Positions 12,127-24,969 of a DNA stretch of 64,000 bases are shown here, one piece after another (the stretch's first letter is position 1; every line of letters starts with the position of its first letter). Source of the DNA: Anaeramoeba ignava BMAN. Taxonomy: Eukaryota > Protista > Anaeramoebae. A program made the translations under genes and the position numbers. The notes under the pieces were generated by a model, which did no database searches, was not told the origin of the DNA, and saw nothing but the letters and a program-made list of their open reading frames with translations. The stretch spans positions 248,001-312,000 of the forward strand of contig JAPDFW010000058.1 of the NCBI GenBank assembly GCA_028826165.1. The letters run 5' to 3'.

Positions 12127-15100
12127 TTAATTTTCTTTTCCATTTTGATTTTCATGTGAATCCAAAGAAACATCAAAAAATTCATCAACAAAATTATTTT
12201 TGTTTTCAATTTCATCATGTTTTAAATTTGAATTTAATTTTGATTTTAATTCTGAATTTAATTCTGAATTTAAATTTGATTTTAAATCGGAATTTTTTGG
12301 TTCTTCATTTTTTTCCATTTCTTTAACTAAAGATTCTTCTCCATTTTTAACAAAAGATTGTAAAACACCAATTTGAGATTGATAGAATTGAATTTGAGCT
12401 TTTGCGAAATGGATCGACAATCTTTTCAAATTCAAATTGAGTTGGTGTTCGAAATTCTTCATTTCTCTTGTCAAAATAAAACAAGCAATTTGATGTTCTT
12501 TTTTTGCCTGTTCTAATTTCTTTTGAGAATTTGCCAGTTCAATTTGAGATTGTTCCAATTTTACACCCTGTAATTGACCAATTATTTTATCGTGTTTTTG
12601 TTTCTTGGATTCGTAGTCTTTCTGAGCTTTTTGAAGCGCAGAAGAGCATTTTGTGAAGTTATTCAGAGAGGATTTGCATCCGTTGATTTGCGATTGAGTT
12701 TCTTTGAAAGGCTCATCAAGATTCACAATTGACATGTTGAAATAATCCATAAATTGGGTTGCAATTTGGTCGTGTGTCTTTGAGAAATTTTCCCAAAAAG
12801 TATCAAGAGATTGTTGCGAATTGACCAGTTTTGGGACTGATTCCTGGATGCTTTCGACCAATTCTTGATAGTATTTTGAGCTCATATTTGAAAGAGAAAC
12901 AATGTTCGTCATGATTTTGGAGAATTTGGTTGTTGTTTTATCTAATGGGTTCAAATCTTGCAATTTTGCTCTCAGATATTCTTCATCCTTTTCCTCGTTG
13001 TCTTGTGTATAAGACTCGAGTTGATTTTGTAATTTCGGATCCGAAATCATTGGTTGAGGCTTAGTTGTTAATTTGGCTAAATTCACTGAATCCTTTGTTT
13101 GAAAAAATAGCGCAAATGATTTTGTTTGAGAAATAACAGGATGCTTTGCCAAGCGTGCCAAAAACCTCTGCAATCCTTTCTGTGCAATTTCAACAAATTC
13201 TCCAGTGGAAATTGATATTGTTTGCTTGTTTGGAAGTGTGGGGATCACATAATATGGCAATTCCAAAGTGAGTGATTTGCGAAGCCACTTAAAATCTTGA
13301 TATGAACGTTTAACAGACCCATTTTCGTCTGTGAAATGATCCCTGAAATTGATCATAAACATCGGTTTTTTCTTCGAAATCAAATCACAAAATGTCACTT
13401 GAATTGAAGAAAATGTCAGGTTTTCTTTTTGGTTTCCAAAACTAATGATGTCTTCTTGAAGCGCGTTTTGCGCGATAATTTTCTTCATCGGAATTACTTC
13501 TTCTTGATCCAAATTTTCAGATTTATTCATCTTATCATCCGTTTTTTTATTTCGTGATTCCTTTTCAATTTTAGGGATTTGTCTGTGACTTGATGTTCTT
13601 CCTTCTAATTTAGCTATTTTTGGAACTAACTCTTGATTTTTTGTTTGAACATCAGCATCTTTTGTTGAATTAGTTGAAATTTCTTCAGCAATTGATTCCC
13701 CTTTTAAATTTAGCAATATTTTCCGTTTTGGAGGTCTTCTTCCTTTGACTCCGTTTGAACGTCTTGCTACTGTTAATTTTCGAGTTGATTGAAGTTTTTC
13801 TTTGAGCTGTTCTTGTTGCTCAGTTGTTAGGGTTATTTGCATTCTCTCTTGTTTTTCTGGTTCTTTTTGCTCCTTTTTTTGTATCGTTTGTTCTTTTTCT
13901 TTTTCTTTTTCTTTTTCTTCTTCTTTTTCTTTTTCTTCTTCTTTTTTGGCATTTTTTTTCTTTTTTCCAAATTTTTTTAAAAATCCCAACTTTTTTCTAA
14001 ACGAACTAAATTTGGATTTTTTTTTATCTTCTTTTTTATCTTCTTTTTTTTCATCTTCTTTTTTTTCATTAACTTTCTCTACTTCTGGATTTGTATTCAA
14101 ATCAATTTGTTCAAAACGAGCAACTGGTTCAACAGAATCAAGTGTTTCTTTTTGTTGTTCTTCAAAACTTTTTGCGATTTCGTTTGGATCGAATTGGGTT
14201 TTTGCTCTTCTTCGTTGTTGAGGAACTCCCATCATTGGCATTTTTGAATCCATCAATTGAGCTATTTTCATTGCGTTTGGCGAGAGAGCTTTAAAAGTGA
14301 TTTGTTTTGCTTCTTCTTTTTCATCTTCTTTTTCAATATCTTTTTCAATATCTTTTTTAATATCTTTTTTATCATCTTTTTTAATATCTTTTTCAATATC
14401 TTTTTTAATATCTTTTTTAATATCTTTTTTATCTTCTTTTTCAATATCTTTTTTAATATCTTTTTTAATATCTTTTTTATCTTCTTTTTTATCATGTCTA
14501 TGTTTATGTTTGTGTTTATGCTTGTGATGTCTGTGATGATGTTTATGTTCTTTTGTATCTTCTTTTTTATCTTCTTTTTTATCTTCTTTTTTATCATCTT
14601 TTTTATCTTCTTTTTTATCTTCTTTTTTATCTTCTTTTTTATATTCTTTTTTATCTTCTTTTTTATCTTCTTTTTTATCTTCTTTTTTATCTTCTTTTTT
14701 ATCTTCTTTTTATCTTCTTTTCTTTTTATTTTTTATATCATTTTTTTTTTATCTTTTTAATATCTTTTTATCTTCTTTTTATCTTTTTATCTTTTTATTT
14801 TTCTTTTTATCTTCTTTTTTATCTTCTTTTTTATCTTTAATTTCTTCTTTTTTATTCTTTTTTTCATCTTTTTAAATATTTCATCTTGTATTTCATCTTT
14901 TATTTCATCTTTTGTTTCATCTTTTTTATCATCTTGTATTTCATCTTTTTTATCTTCTTTTATTTCATCTTTTGTTTCATCTTTTGTTTCATCTTTTATT
15001 TCATCTTTTGTTTCATCTTTTATTTCATCTTTTATCATCTTTTGTTTCATCTTTTGTTTCATCTTTTGTTTCATCTTTTGTTTCATCTTTTATTTCATCT

Positions 15101-17984
15101 TTTTTATCTTTTTTATCTTCTTTTATTTCATCTTTTGTTTCATCTTGTATTTCGTTTGTTAATTTTTCTGGGTTATCTTCTTGGTCTTGTTTTTTTGAAA
15201 ATCTTTGAATGATATTTTTTACTGTATCTGGTTGGTTTCGTTGTCCTGCATTTGGAATTGGTTTATTTATTTTTGATGAGAATTGTTTTGATTTATCTTT
15301 TTCAATGTGTCTTAGTGGAAAGTGTTTAAATGATTGAGTTTGCTGTTGGGTTTTTTGTTGATTTTGTTGTTTATCTTGTTGTTTATCTTGTTCGATGTGT
15401 CTAAGTGGAAACTTTTCTTATTGGTTTTTTAGGTGTTTCTTTATTTGGCTGATTTTCCTTATTTATTTTTGGTGGGAATTGTCTTGGCTTATCTTGCTGT
15501 TGATTTTGATTTTTTTGTTGTTTTGGTGAAAATGATCTCATTGGTCTTTTTGGTGAATTTTCTTGTTTTTTTAAATTTTCTTGATTTTCTTGTTTTTGTA
15601 AATTTTCTTGTTTTTTTAAATTTTCTTGATTTTGTAAATTTTCTTGTTTTTGTTGATTTTCTTGATTTTCTTGATTTTCTTGTTTTTGTAAATTTTCTTG
15701 TTTTTGTTGTTTGTTTTGTATATCATCTATATCTTCTTTTATTAATTCGTCTAATTTATCGAAATCTTCTTGATTGAAATCTTTTTTAACATCTTTTTTT
15801 GGAATCATTGATGTATTTAAAGAAACAGAACTGCGAAATTTAGGTTTGGGTTTGGGTGATATTTTTGAACGTAAAAGTTGGCGTCTTTTTGGAAGATTGA
15901 GTTTTATTTCATTTTGTTGTTGTTGAAGTTTTTGGGAATCTATTTGATCTTTTTCAGTTGTTTGTGGTTGTTCTTTATCTGATCTTATAGTTTCTATTTC
16001 TTCATTTCTGTCTTCATTTTCAATTTTTTCATCAATTTGTTCATCAATTTGCTCATCAATTTGTTCATCAATTTGTTCATCAATTTGCTCATCAATTTGC
16101 TCATCAACTTGTTCATCAATTTGCTTATCAATTTGTTTATCAATTTGTTTATCAATTTGTTTATCAATTTGTTTATCAATTTGTTTATCAATTTGTTTAT
16201 CAATTTGATCCTCTTTTTTATCTTTTTTATCTTTTTTATCTTTTTTATCTTTTTTATCTTTATTATCTTTATCTTTTTTATCTTTATCTTTATCTTTATC
16301 TTTATCTTTATCTTTTTTATCTTTTTTCTTTGTTTCATCTTTTTTTGTTTCATCTTTTTTGTTATCAATTTGTTTATCAATTTGTTTATCAATTTGTTTA
16401 TCAATTTGTTCATCAATTTGTTTATCTTTTTTATCTTTTTTATCTTTTTTATCTTTATTATCTTTTTTATCTTTTTTTATTTTATTATCTTTTATCTTTT
16501 TATCTTTTTATCTTTTTATCTTTTTATCTTTTTTATCTTTTTTATCTTTATTATCTTCTTTATCTTTATCTTTTTTCTTTGTTTCATCTTTTCTTTGTTT
16601 CATCTTTTTTGTTATTAGTTTGTTTATTAATTTGTTTATCAATTTGTTTATCAATTGGTTTATCAATTTGTTTATCAATTTGTTTATCAATTTGATCCTC
16701 TTTTTTATCTTTTTTATCTTTTTTATCTTTTTTATCTTTTTTATCTTTTTTATCTTTTTTATCTTTTTTATCTTTTTTCTTTGTTTCATCTTTCTTTGTT
16801 TCATCTTTTTTGTTATTAGTTTGTTTATTAATTTGTTTATTAGTTTGTTTATCAATTTGTTTATCAATTTGTTTATCAATTTGTTTATCAATTTGTTTAT
16901 CAATTTGTTTATCAATTTGTTTATCAATTTGATCCTCTTTTTTATCTTTATCTTTTTTATCTTTTTTATCTTTATTATCTTCTTTATCTTTTTTATCTTT
17001 TTTATCTTTTTTCTTTGTTTCATCTTTTTTTGTTTCATCTTTTTTTGTTTCATCTTTTTGTTTATTAGTTTGTTTATTAATTTGTTTATCAATTTGATCC
17101 CATCTTTTTATCTTTTTATCTTTTATCTTTTTATCTTTTTATCTTTTTTTGTTTATTAATTTGTTTATCAATTTGTTTTATCAATTTGTTTATCAATTTG
17201 TTTATCAATTTGATCCTCTTTTTATCTTTATCTTTTTATCTTTTTCTTTTTATCTTTTTATTTTTATTTTTATCTTTTTATCATTTTTATTTTATCTTTT
17301 TTATAGTTTGTTTTTATCTTTTTATCTTTATCTTTATCTTTTATCTTTATCTTTTTATCTTTATCTTTTTTTATTGTTTCATCTTTTATCTTTATCTTTT
17401 ATCTTTATCTTTATCTTTATCTTTATCTTTATCTTTATCTTTATCTTTATCTTTATCTTTATCTTTTTTATCTTTATCTTTATCTTTATCTTTATTATCT
17501 TTATCTTTTTGTTTCATCTTTTTTCTCTTCTTGAATTACTTCTTGAATTACTTCTTGAATTATTCCTTTATCCACTTCTTTGGATGTTAAATTTTCAAAT
17601 TGTTTCTCTAATTGATTTCCTAATTGTTTTTTTTTTTCATCTTCTTCTTTTTTCTTTTGTTCTTGTAAGATTAAATCACTATCTGTTGATTCTGAATCTT
17701 GATCATCATCATAATCAGAATCAGTATCAGAAGAAGTAAGACTTGAAGTAATTTCATCGCTACTTAATTGACTATCTGTTGATTCATTGTCTTTCTTTTC
17801 TTCTTTTTTTTGATTTTCCTATTAAATAATAAAAATTTAAAATAATTTGAATTAATTTTTTTCAATAAAAAAAAACAAGTTGAAAAATTTTTTTTTGCTT
17901 TGATTTTTATTAGTTTTGCTTTTATTTTACATTTCCAAGCAAAAAATCAAAGTCTTGTGGAGACCATTGATAATCCTTACTCAT
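12127..17984 (-). CDS. PX-BAR sorting nexin with very long acidic/low-complexity N-terminus; exon 1 17984-17931, intron 17819-17930, long exon 2 with frameshifts in the repeats
   Basis: PX domain SVKRSYQDFKWLRKSL...YVIPTLPNK...GLQRFLARLAKHPVIS is followed by helical BAR-like sequence. MSKDYQWSPQDFDFLLGN|ENQKKEEK splices in phase 0. Continuity through the 14.3-17.5 kb repeats is inferred. Confidence 0.75.
14300..17520 (-). repeat. Coding tandem repeats in the sorting nexin (DK, DKK, DKQI/DEQI, DETK/DEIK, EDKK, QENLQK)
   Basis: 6-, 9- and 12-bp units such as tttatc, atcaatttgttt and ttcatcttttgt, interleaved with unique coding islands. Confidence 0.8.
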
Positions 17985-18254
17985 TGTAACTGAAATTAAA
18001 TGAAATTTTTTTTTAAAAAATAGAAATAAAAAAAATGAAAAAAATAATTTTGTTCTTTTTTCTTTTTCTTTTTCTTTTTCTTTTTTTTTTTTTTTTTTTT
18101 TTTTCTTTTTCTTTTTCTTTTTTCTTTTTCTTTTTCTTTTTTTTTTTTTCTTTTTTTTTTTGTTCCAAATGGAAAATTTCTTTTTTGCTTTTTTTAAATT
18201 TGATGAAAGAAAAAAAAAAAGCGAAAAAATAATTGGAAATAATTTTTCTTCTTT

Positions 18255-20815
18255 TTATTTAATAAAATAGAATTAGATTTATTAATAAATTAATATAAAA
18301 TTAAATAAATTGAAATAAATTGAAATAAATTTATTATTAATTTATTTAATAAAATAGATTTAGATTTATTAATAAATTAATATAAAATTAAATAGATTTA
18401 AATAAATTGAAATTAATTCATTATTAAATTATTTAATAAAATAGAATTAGATATATTAATAAATTAATATAAAATTAAATAGATTTGAGATTGAAATAAA
18501 TTGAAATTAATTCATTATTAATTTATTTAATAAAATAGAATTAGATATATTTATAAATTAATATAAAATTAAATAAATTTAAATAAATTGAAATTAATTC
18601 ATTATTAATTTATTTATTAAAATAGAATTAGATTTATTAATAAATTAATATAAAATTAAATAAATTGAAATAAATTGAAATAAATTTATTATTAATTATT
18701 TATTAAAATAGAATTAGATTTATAAATAAATTGAAATAAAGAATTAAAGTATTTATTAAAATAGAATTAGATTTTAAATAAAATTAATAAAATTAAATAA
18801 ATTGAAATTAATTCATTATTAATTTATTTAATAAAATAGAATTAGATTTATAAATAAATTAATATAAAATTAAAGAGATTGAAATAAATTGAAATTAATT
18901 TATTATTAATTTATTTAATAAAATAGATTTAGATTTATAAATAAATTAATATAAAATTAAAAGAGATTGAAATAAATTGAAATTAATTTATTATTAATTA
19001 TTTAATAAAATAGAATTAGATTTATAAATAGATTTAAATAAATTGAAATTAATTCATTATTAAATTATTTAATAAAATAGAATTATATTTATTAATAAAT
19101 TAATATAAAATTGAAATAAATTGAAATTAATTCATTATTAATTCATTTTAATAAAATAGAATTAGATTTATTAATAAATTAATATAAAATTAAATAAATT
19201 GAAATAAATTGAAATAAATTTATTATTAATTATTTAATAAAATAGAATTAAATTAAATAAATTGAAATAAATTGAAATTAATTATGAAATTAATTTAAAA
19301 TAGATTTATTTATTAATAAATTAATTAAAATTGATTGAAATAAATTGAAATTAATTCATTAATTTATTTAATAAAATAGATTTAGATTTATTTATAAATT
19401 AAATAAATTAAAGATTTAAATTAATTGAAATTAATTCATTATTAATTTATTTAATAAAATAGATTTAGATTTATTTATAAATTAATATAAAATTAAATAG
19501 ATTTAAATAAATTGAAATAAATTGAAATTAATTTAATAAATTAATATTTAATAAAAATAAAATTAAATAGATTTAAATAAATTGAAATATTTAAAATTAA
19601 ATAAAAATTGAAATAAATTTAAAATTAAATAGATTGAAATAAATTGAAATTAATTCATTATTAATTATTTATTAAATAAATTAATTTATTAAAAATTAAA
19701 AGAAATTGAAATAAATTGAAATAAATTTATTATTAATTTATTTAATAAAATAGAATTAGATTTATTTATAAATTAATATAAAATTAAATAAATTGAAATA
19801 AATTGAAATAAATTTATTATTAAAGTATTTATTAAAATAGAATTAGATTTATAAATAGATTAATATAAAATTAAAGAGATTTAAATAAATTGAAATAAAT
19901 TCATTATTAAATTATTTATTAAAATAGAATTAGATTTATTTATAAATTAATATAAAATTAAATAAATTTAAATAAATTGAAATTAATTTATTATTAATTT
20001 ATTTAATAAAATAGATTTAGATTTATTAATAAATTAATATAAAATTAAAGAGATTGAAATAAATTGAAATTAATTTATTATTAATTATTTAATAAAATAG
20101 ATTTATATTTATAAATAAATTAATATAAAATTAAATAGATTGAAATAAATTGAAATTAATTCATTATTAATTTATTTAATAAAATAGAATTAGATTTATT
20201 TATAAATTAATATAAAATTAAATAGATTGAAATAAATTGAAATAAATTTATTATTAATTATTTAATAAAAATAGATTTAGATTTATTTATAAATTAATAT
20301 AAAATTAAATAGATTGAAATAAATTTATTATTAATTTATTTAATAAAATAGAATTAGATTTATTTATAAATTAATATAAAATTAAATAGATTTAAATAAA
20401 TTGAAATAAATTTATTATTAATTATTTAATAAAATAGAATTAGATTTATTAATAAATTAATATAAAATTAAAGAAATTGAAATAAATTGAAATTAAATTT
20501 ATTATTAAATTATTTAATAAAATAGAATTAGATTTATTTATAAATTAATATAAAATTAAATAAATTAATATAAATTGAAATAAATTCATTATTAATTTAT
20601 TTAATAAAATAGAATTAGATTTATTTATAAATTAATATAAAATTAAATAGATTAAAATAAATTGAAATTAATTCATTATTAAATTATTTAATAAAATAGA
20701 ATTAGATTTATAAATAGATTAATATAAAATTAAAGAGATTTAAATAAATTGAAATTAATTCATTATTAAATTATTTATTAAAATAGAATTAGATTTATTT
20801 ATAAATTAATATAAG
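18255..20815. repeat. Intergenic satellite, ~87-bp unit, roughly 29 copies
   Basis: The marker aataaaatag(a/t)ttagattt recurs (18261, 18348 and onward) through to ~20800. Confidence 0.93.
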
Positions 20816-21078
20816 AAAAATTTCATTTTTTTTTCCTTTTTTTTAATTTTTTTATTTTTTCATTTTTCATTTTTCATTTTTCATTTTTTTTTTTTTTTGT
20901 TAAAATTTTTTTTTTGAACATTTTTTTTTTTAGTTTTTTTTTTTAGATTTTTTCAACACAAAAACCAAAAAAAATCAAAAAACAACAAAAAACAACAAAA
21001 AAACAAAAAACAACAAAAACAAAAAAACAAAAACAACACGAATAAGAAAACAAACAATAATCAAAAACAACGAAGAAA

Positions 21079-21654
21079 ATGCAGACAAAAAAGACACGAA
21101 ACAACCGATGGAAAAACAACTTTATGAAAAGAAAGGGGAACAAAAAAAAGCAAAAATATGGGGGTAGAGGAAGGGGGCAAATAGGGGGATATAAAAACCA
21201 ACGAATAAAGGGGTATTGGAAAGAAGAAGAAGTAAAGACGCCAATCAACGCACCACGGAACACGAACCAGTTCATCATCGACAGACACGGCGAGGATCTT
21301 GTTGACGAAACAAGGCAAATTGAGGAGTTCTCAATCGACCACTTTGGTACAATGGAGGGTCTTGTTAACGCTCAAGGAAAAAGTCATGTTTCTCTTCGTT
21401 CTTCTTTCCCAAATTCTTTTTCTTCTTCCCCGTTTTTTATCCAAAATCCAAATATTGAACTTGATCTCCCTAAAGATGATATGGCTATTGACTTTCCTAA
21501 TGATGACCCTGATTTTTCTAGTCGTTACCATAGAATTTTGCAAAATGAAATTAAAAAACTTCGTTCGGAAAAAAAAATTTTGCAGGAAAAATATGAAGAA
21601 ACTACAAAAGAAATGATTAAGTTGAAAAAGGAATTGCAAAATAATCAGGTTTGA
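21079..21654 (+). CDS. HEXIM: HEXIM-like protein (P-TEFb inhibitor family), 191 aa
   Basis: A basic/RGG N-terminus is followed by APRNTNQFIIDRH (HEXIM: APYNTTQFLMDDH), IDHFGTMEGLV, DFSSRY (HEXIM: DFSETY) and a C-terminal coiled coil. Confidence 0.7.
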   Translation: MQTKKTRNNRWKNNFMKRKGNKKKQKYGGRGRGQIGGYKNQRIKGYWKEEEVKTPINAPRNTNQFIIDRHGEDLVDETRQIEEFSIDHFGTMEGLVNAQGKSHVSLRSSFPNSFSSSPFFIQNPNIELDLPKDDMAIDFPNDDPDFSSRYHRILQNEIKKLRSEKKILQEKYEETTKEMIKLKKELQNNQV

Positions 21655-21699
21655 TTGGAAATATATAAACATGAAGAAATTTGACGTAATTGCAAAAAT

Positions 21700-21900
21700 T
21701 AACATAAACATAAAAACAAAAACAAAAACAAAACAAATACAAATACAAAAACAAAAACAATAACAAATACAAATACAAAACAAATACAAATACAAATACA
21801 AATACAAATACAAATACAAATACAAAAATAAATACAAAAACAATAACAAAACAAATACAAATACAAATACAAATACAAAAACAATAACAAAAACAAACAA
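21700..21900. repeat. (CAAATA/CAAAAA)n microsatellite downstream of the HEXIM-like gene
   Basis: Directly visible. Confidence 0.9.
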
Positions 21901-22093
21901 ATTTTTCTTCTATTTTTCTCTTTCTATTTTTCTATTTTTCTATTTTTCTTTTTTTTTCTTTTTCTTTTTGTATCGCAAAAGATGTATTTTTGTTGACAAT
22001 AAAAACAAAATCCAAAAGGAAAAATTTTTTCCATTTTTTTTTTCATTTTTTTCATTTTTCAATTTTTCAATTTTATTTTTCAATTTTATTTTT

Positions 22094-24844
22094 ATGCAAA
22101 ATAAAAAATTTAAAAGACTCATTTCAAATGATCAAAAAATACATATTTCTAGAACAGGAAAAGCTAAATATAAATCATATATTAATGATATTTTTCATAC
22201 TTTAATGGAAATTCCTTGGCCAGTTTTACTTGCAATAATTGTAGCTGTTTATATAATAGTTTATTTTATTTTTGCTGTTCTTTATTATTTAGATAAGAGT
22301 TGTTTAGATGCAACAATGAGATCATTAAAATGGTGTTTCTTTTTTTCAATTCAAACACAAGCAACAGTAAAAATTTATAAAAACTAAACAAATTTCTTTG
22401 AAAATTTATAATTAAATTTATAATTAAATTTATAATTAAATTTATAATTAAATTTATAATCAAATTTATAATTATATTTATAATCAAATTTATAAATAAA
22501 TTTATAATTAAATTTATAATTAAATTTATAATCAAATTTATAATTAAATTTATAATTAAATTTATAATTAAATTTATAATTAAATTTATAATTAAATTTA
22601 TAATTAAATTTATAATTAAATTTATAATTAAATTTATAATTAAATTTATAATTAAATTTATAATTAAATTTATAATTAAATTTATAATCAAATTTATTAA
22701 ATTTATAATTAAATTTATAATTAAATCAAATTTATAATTAAATTTATAATTAAATTTATAATTAAATTTATAATTAAATTTATAATTAAATTTATAATTA
22801 AATTTATAATTAAATTTATAATTATATTTATAATTAAATTAGATTGGTTATGGTTATATTTCTCCTGGAAATTGTATTTATGCAAATACTATTGCTTATT
22901 TTCAATGTTGTTGGGGTTTAATTCAAAATTCAGCAACAATAGGCTTAATATACAAAAAATTTAGGTTAAACTTAATTACTTTAAATTAATTCTGATTTAA
23001 AATTAATATAAAATTAATATAAAATTGATTTAAAATTGATTTAAAATTAATATAAAATTGATATAAAATTGATATAAAATTGATATAAAATTGATTTAAA
23101 ATTGAATTAAAATTAATTTAAAATTGATATAAAATTAATATAAAATTGATTTAAAATTGATATAAAATTGATATAAAATTGATTTAATTTAAAATTAATA
23201 TAAAATTGATATAAAAATAAAATTGATTAAAATTAAAATTGATTTATAAAAATTGATTTTTAAAATTGAATTAAAATTGATATAAAATTGATATAAAATT
23301 GATTTAAAATTGATAAAATTGATTTTAAAAATTAAAAATTGATTTAAAATTGATTTAAAATTGATTTAAAATTAATTGATTTAAAATTGATTTAAAATTG
23401 ATTTAAAATTGATATAAAATTGATTTAAAATTGATTTAAAATTGATATAAAATTGATTTAAAATTATTTAAAATTGATTTAAAATTGATTTAAAATTGAT
23501 ATAAATTTAGATTTAAAATTGATTTAAAATTGATTTAAAATTGATTTAAAATTGATTTAAAATTGATTTAAAATTGATTTAAAATTGATTTAAAATTGAT
23601 TTAAAATTAATATAAAATTGATATAAAATTGATTTAAAATTGATTTTAAAATTGATTTAAAATTGATTAAAATTGATTTAAAATTAATATAAAAATTTAA
23701 GATTTAAAAATTAAAATTGATATAAAATTGATAAAAAATAAAATTGATATAAAATTTTAAAAAATTTAAAATTTAAAATTGATTTAAAATTGATTTAAAA
23801 TTGATATAAAATTGATTTAAAATTGATTTAAAAATTGATTTAAAATTGATTTAAAATTGATTTAAAAAATTAATATAAAATTGATATAAAATTGATATAA
23901 AATTGATATAAAATTGATATAAAATTGATTTAAAATTGATATAAAATTGATTTAAAATTGATTTAAAATTGATTTAAAATTGATATAAAATTAATATAAA
24001 ATTGATATAAAATTAATTTAAAATTGATTTAAAATTGATTTAAAATTGATTTAAAATTGATATAAAATTGATTTAAAATATAAAATTGATATAAAATTGA
24101 TATATAAAATTTGATATAAAATTAAAATTTATATAAAATTGATATAAAATTAATTTAAAATTGATATAAAATTAATTTAAAATTGATATAAAATTGATTT
24201 AAAATTGATATAAAATTAATTTAAAATTGATATAAAATTGATATAAAATTGATTTAAAATTCATATAAAATTTAATATTGATTTAAAATTTAATATTGAT
24301 TTGAAATTTTAAATTAATTTATTTCTTTATTAGTCGCTCAGACCCAAGATCTAAATCAGTCCTCTTTTCTAATTCTGCTGTTATTAGCGAATACAATGGA
24401 ATTAGATCTTTAATGTTTCGAGTGATAAATACACAAAATCATCAATTTATTGAATCACAAATATCATTATTTCTAACAAGAACAATTGAAAAAGAAAACA
24501 ATAAAAAAATATTTCAATTTGAAAAACTTGAAATTTCAACACCTGAATCACCTGATTTATTTCTTGCTCTTCCTTGTCTTGTTGTTCACAAACTTGATGA
24601 GAATTCTCCTTTATATAATGTCACTTCTGATTCTTTAAATGAAACATTAACTGAATTAATTGTAATTGTTGAAGGAATCGATAGTCCAACTTCTGATTGC
24701 TTTCAAGCTAGAAAATCTTATATTCCAAATGAAATTTTTTTTGATTATAAATTTTTACCTGTTATTGATAGAAAAACTAATGGTCATTTTCAAATCAAAT
24801 TTCCTCAATTTGATTCAATGATTCCAACAAAAATATCCAATTAA
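22094..24844 (+). CDS. Inward-rectifier K+ channel (Kir family); exons 22094-22366, 22843-22964, 24334-24844; 301 aa
   Basis: DIFHTLMEIPW slide helix, TM1, FFFSIQTQAT|IGYG filter, TM2, VLFSNSAVI, LMFRV, VVHKLDENSPL and FQARKSYIPNEI. Both GT-AG introns preserve the frame. Confidence 0.95.
22400..22840. repeat. 12-bp (AAATTTATAATT)n array filling Kir intron 1
   Basis: Directly visible. Confidence 0.95.
22995..24270. repeat. 11-bp (AAAATTGATTT/AAAATTGATAT)n array filling Kir intron 2
   Basis: Directly visible. Confidence 0.95.
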
Positions 24845-24969
24845 AAATTAAATTAAAAATTAAATTAAAAATTAAAATTAAAAATTAAATTAAAATTAAA
24901 AATTATTTGCTTTTTTTCTTTTTTTTTGATTTAATTTAATTTAATTTAATTTAATTTATTTAAAATTAA

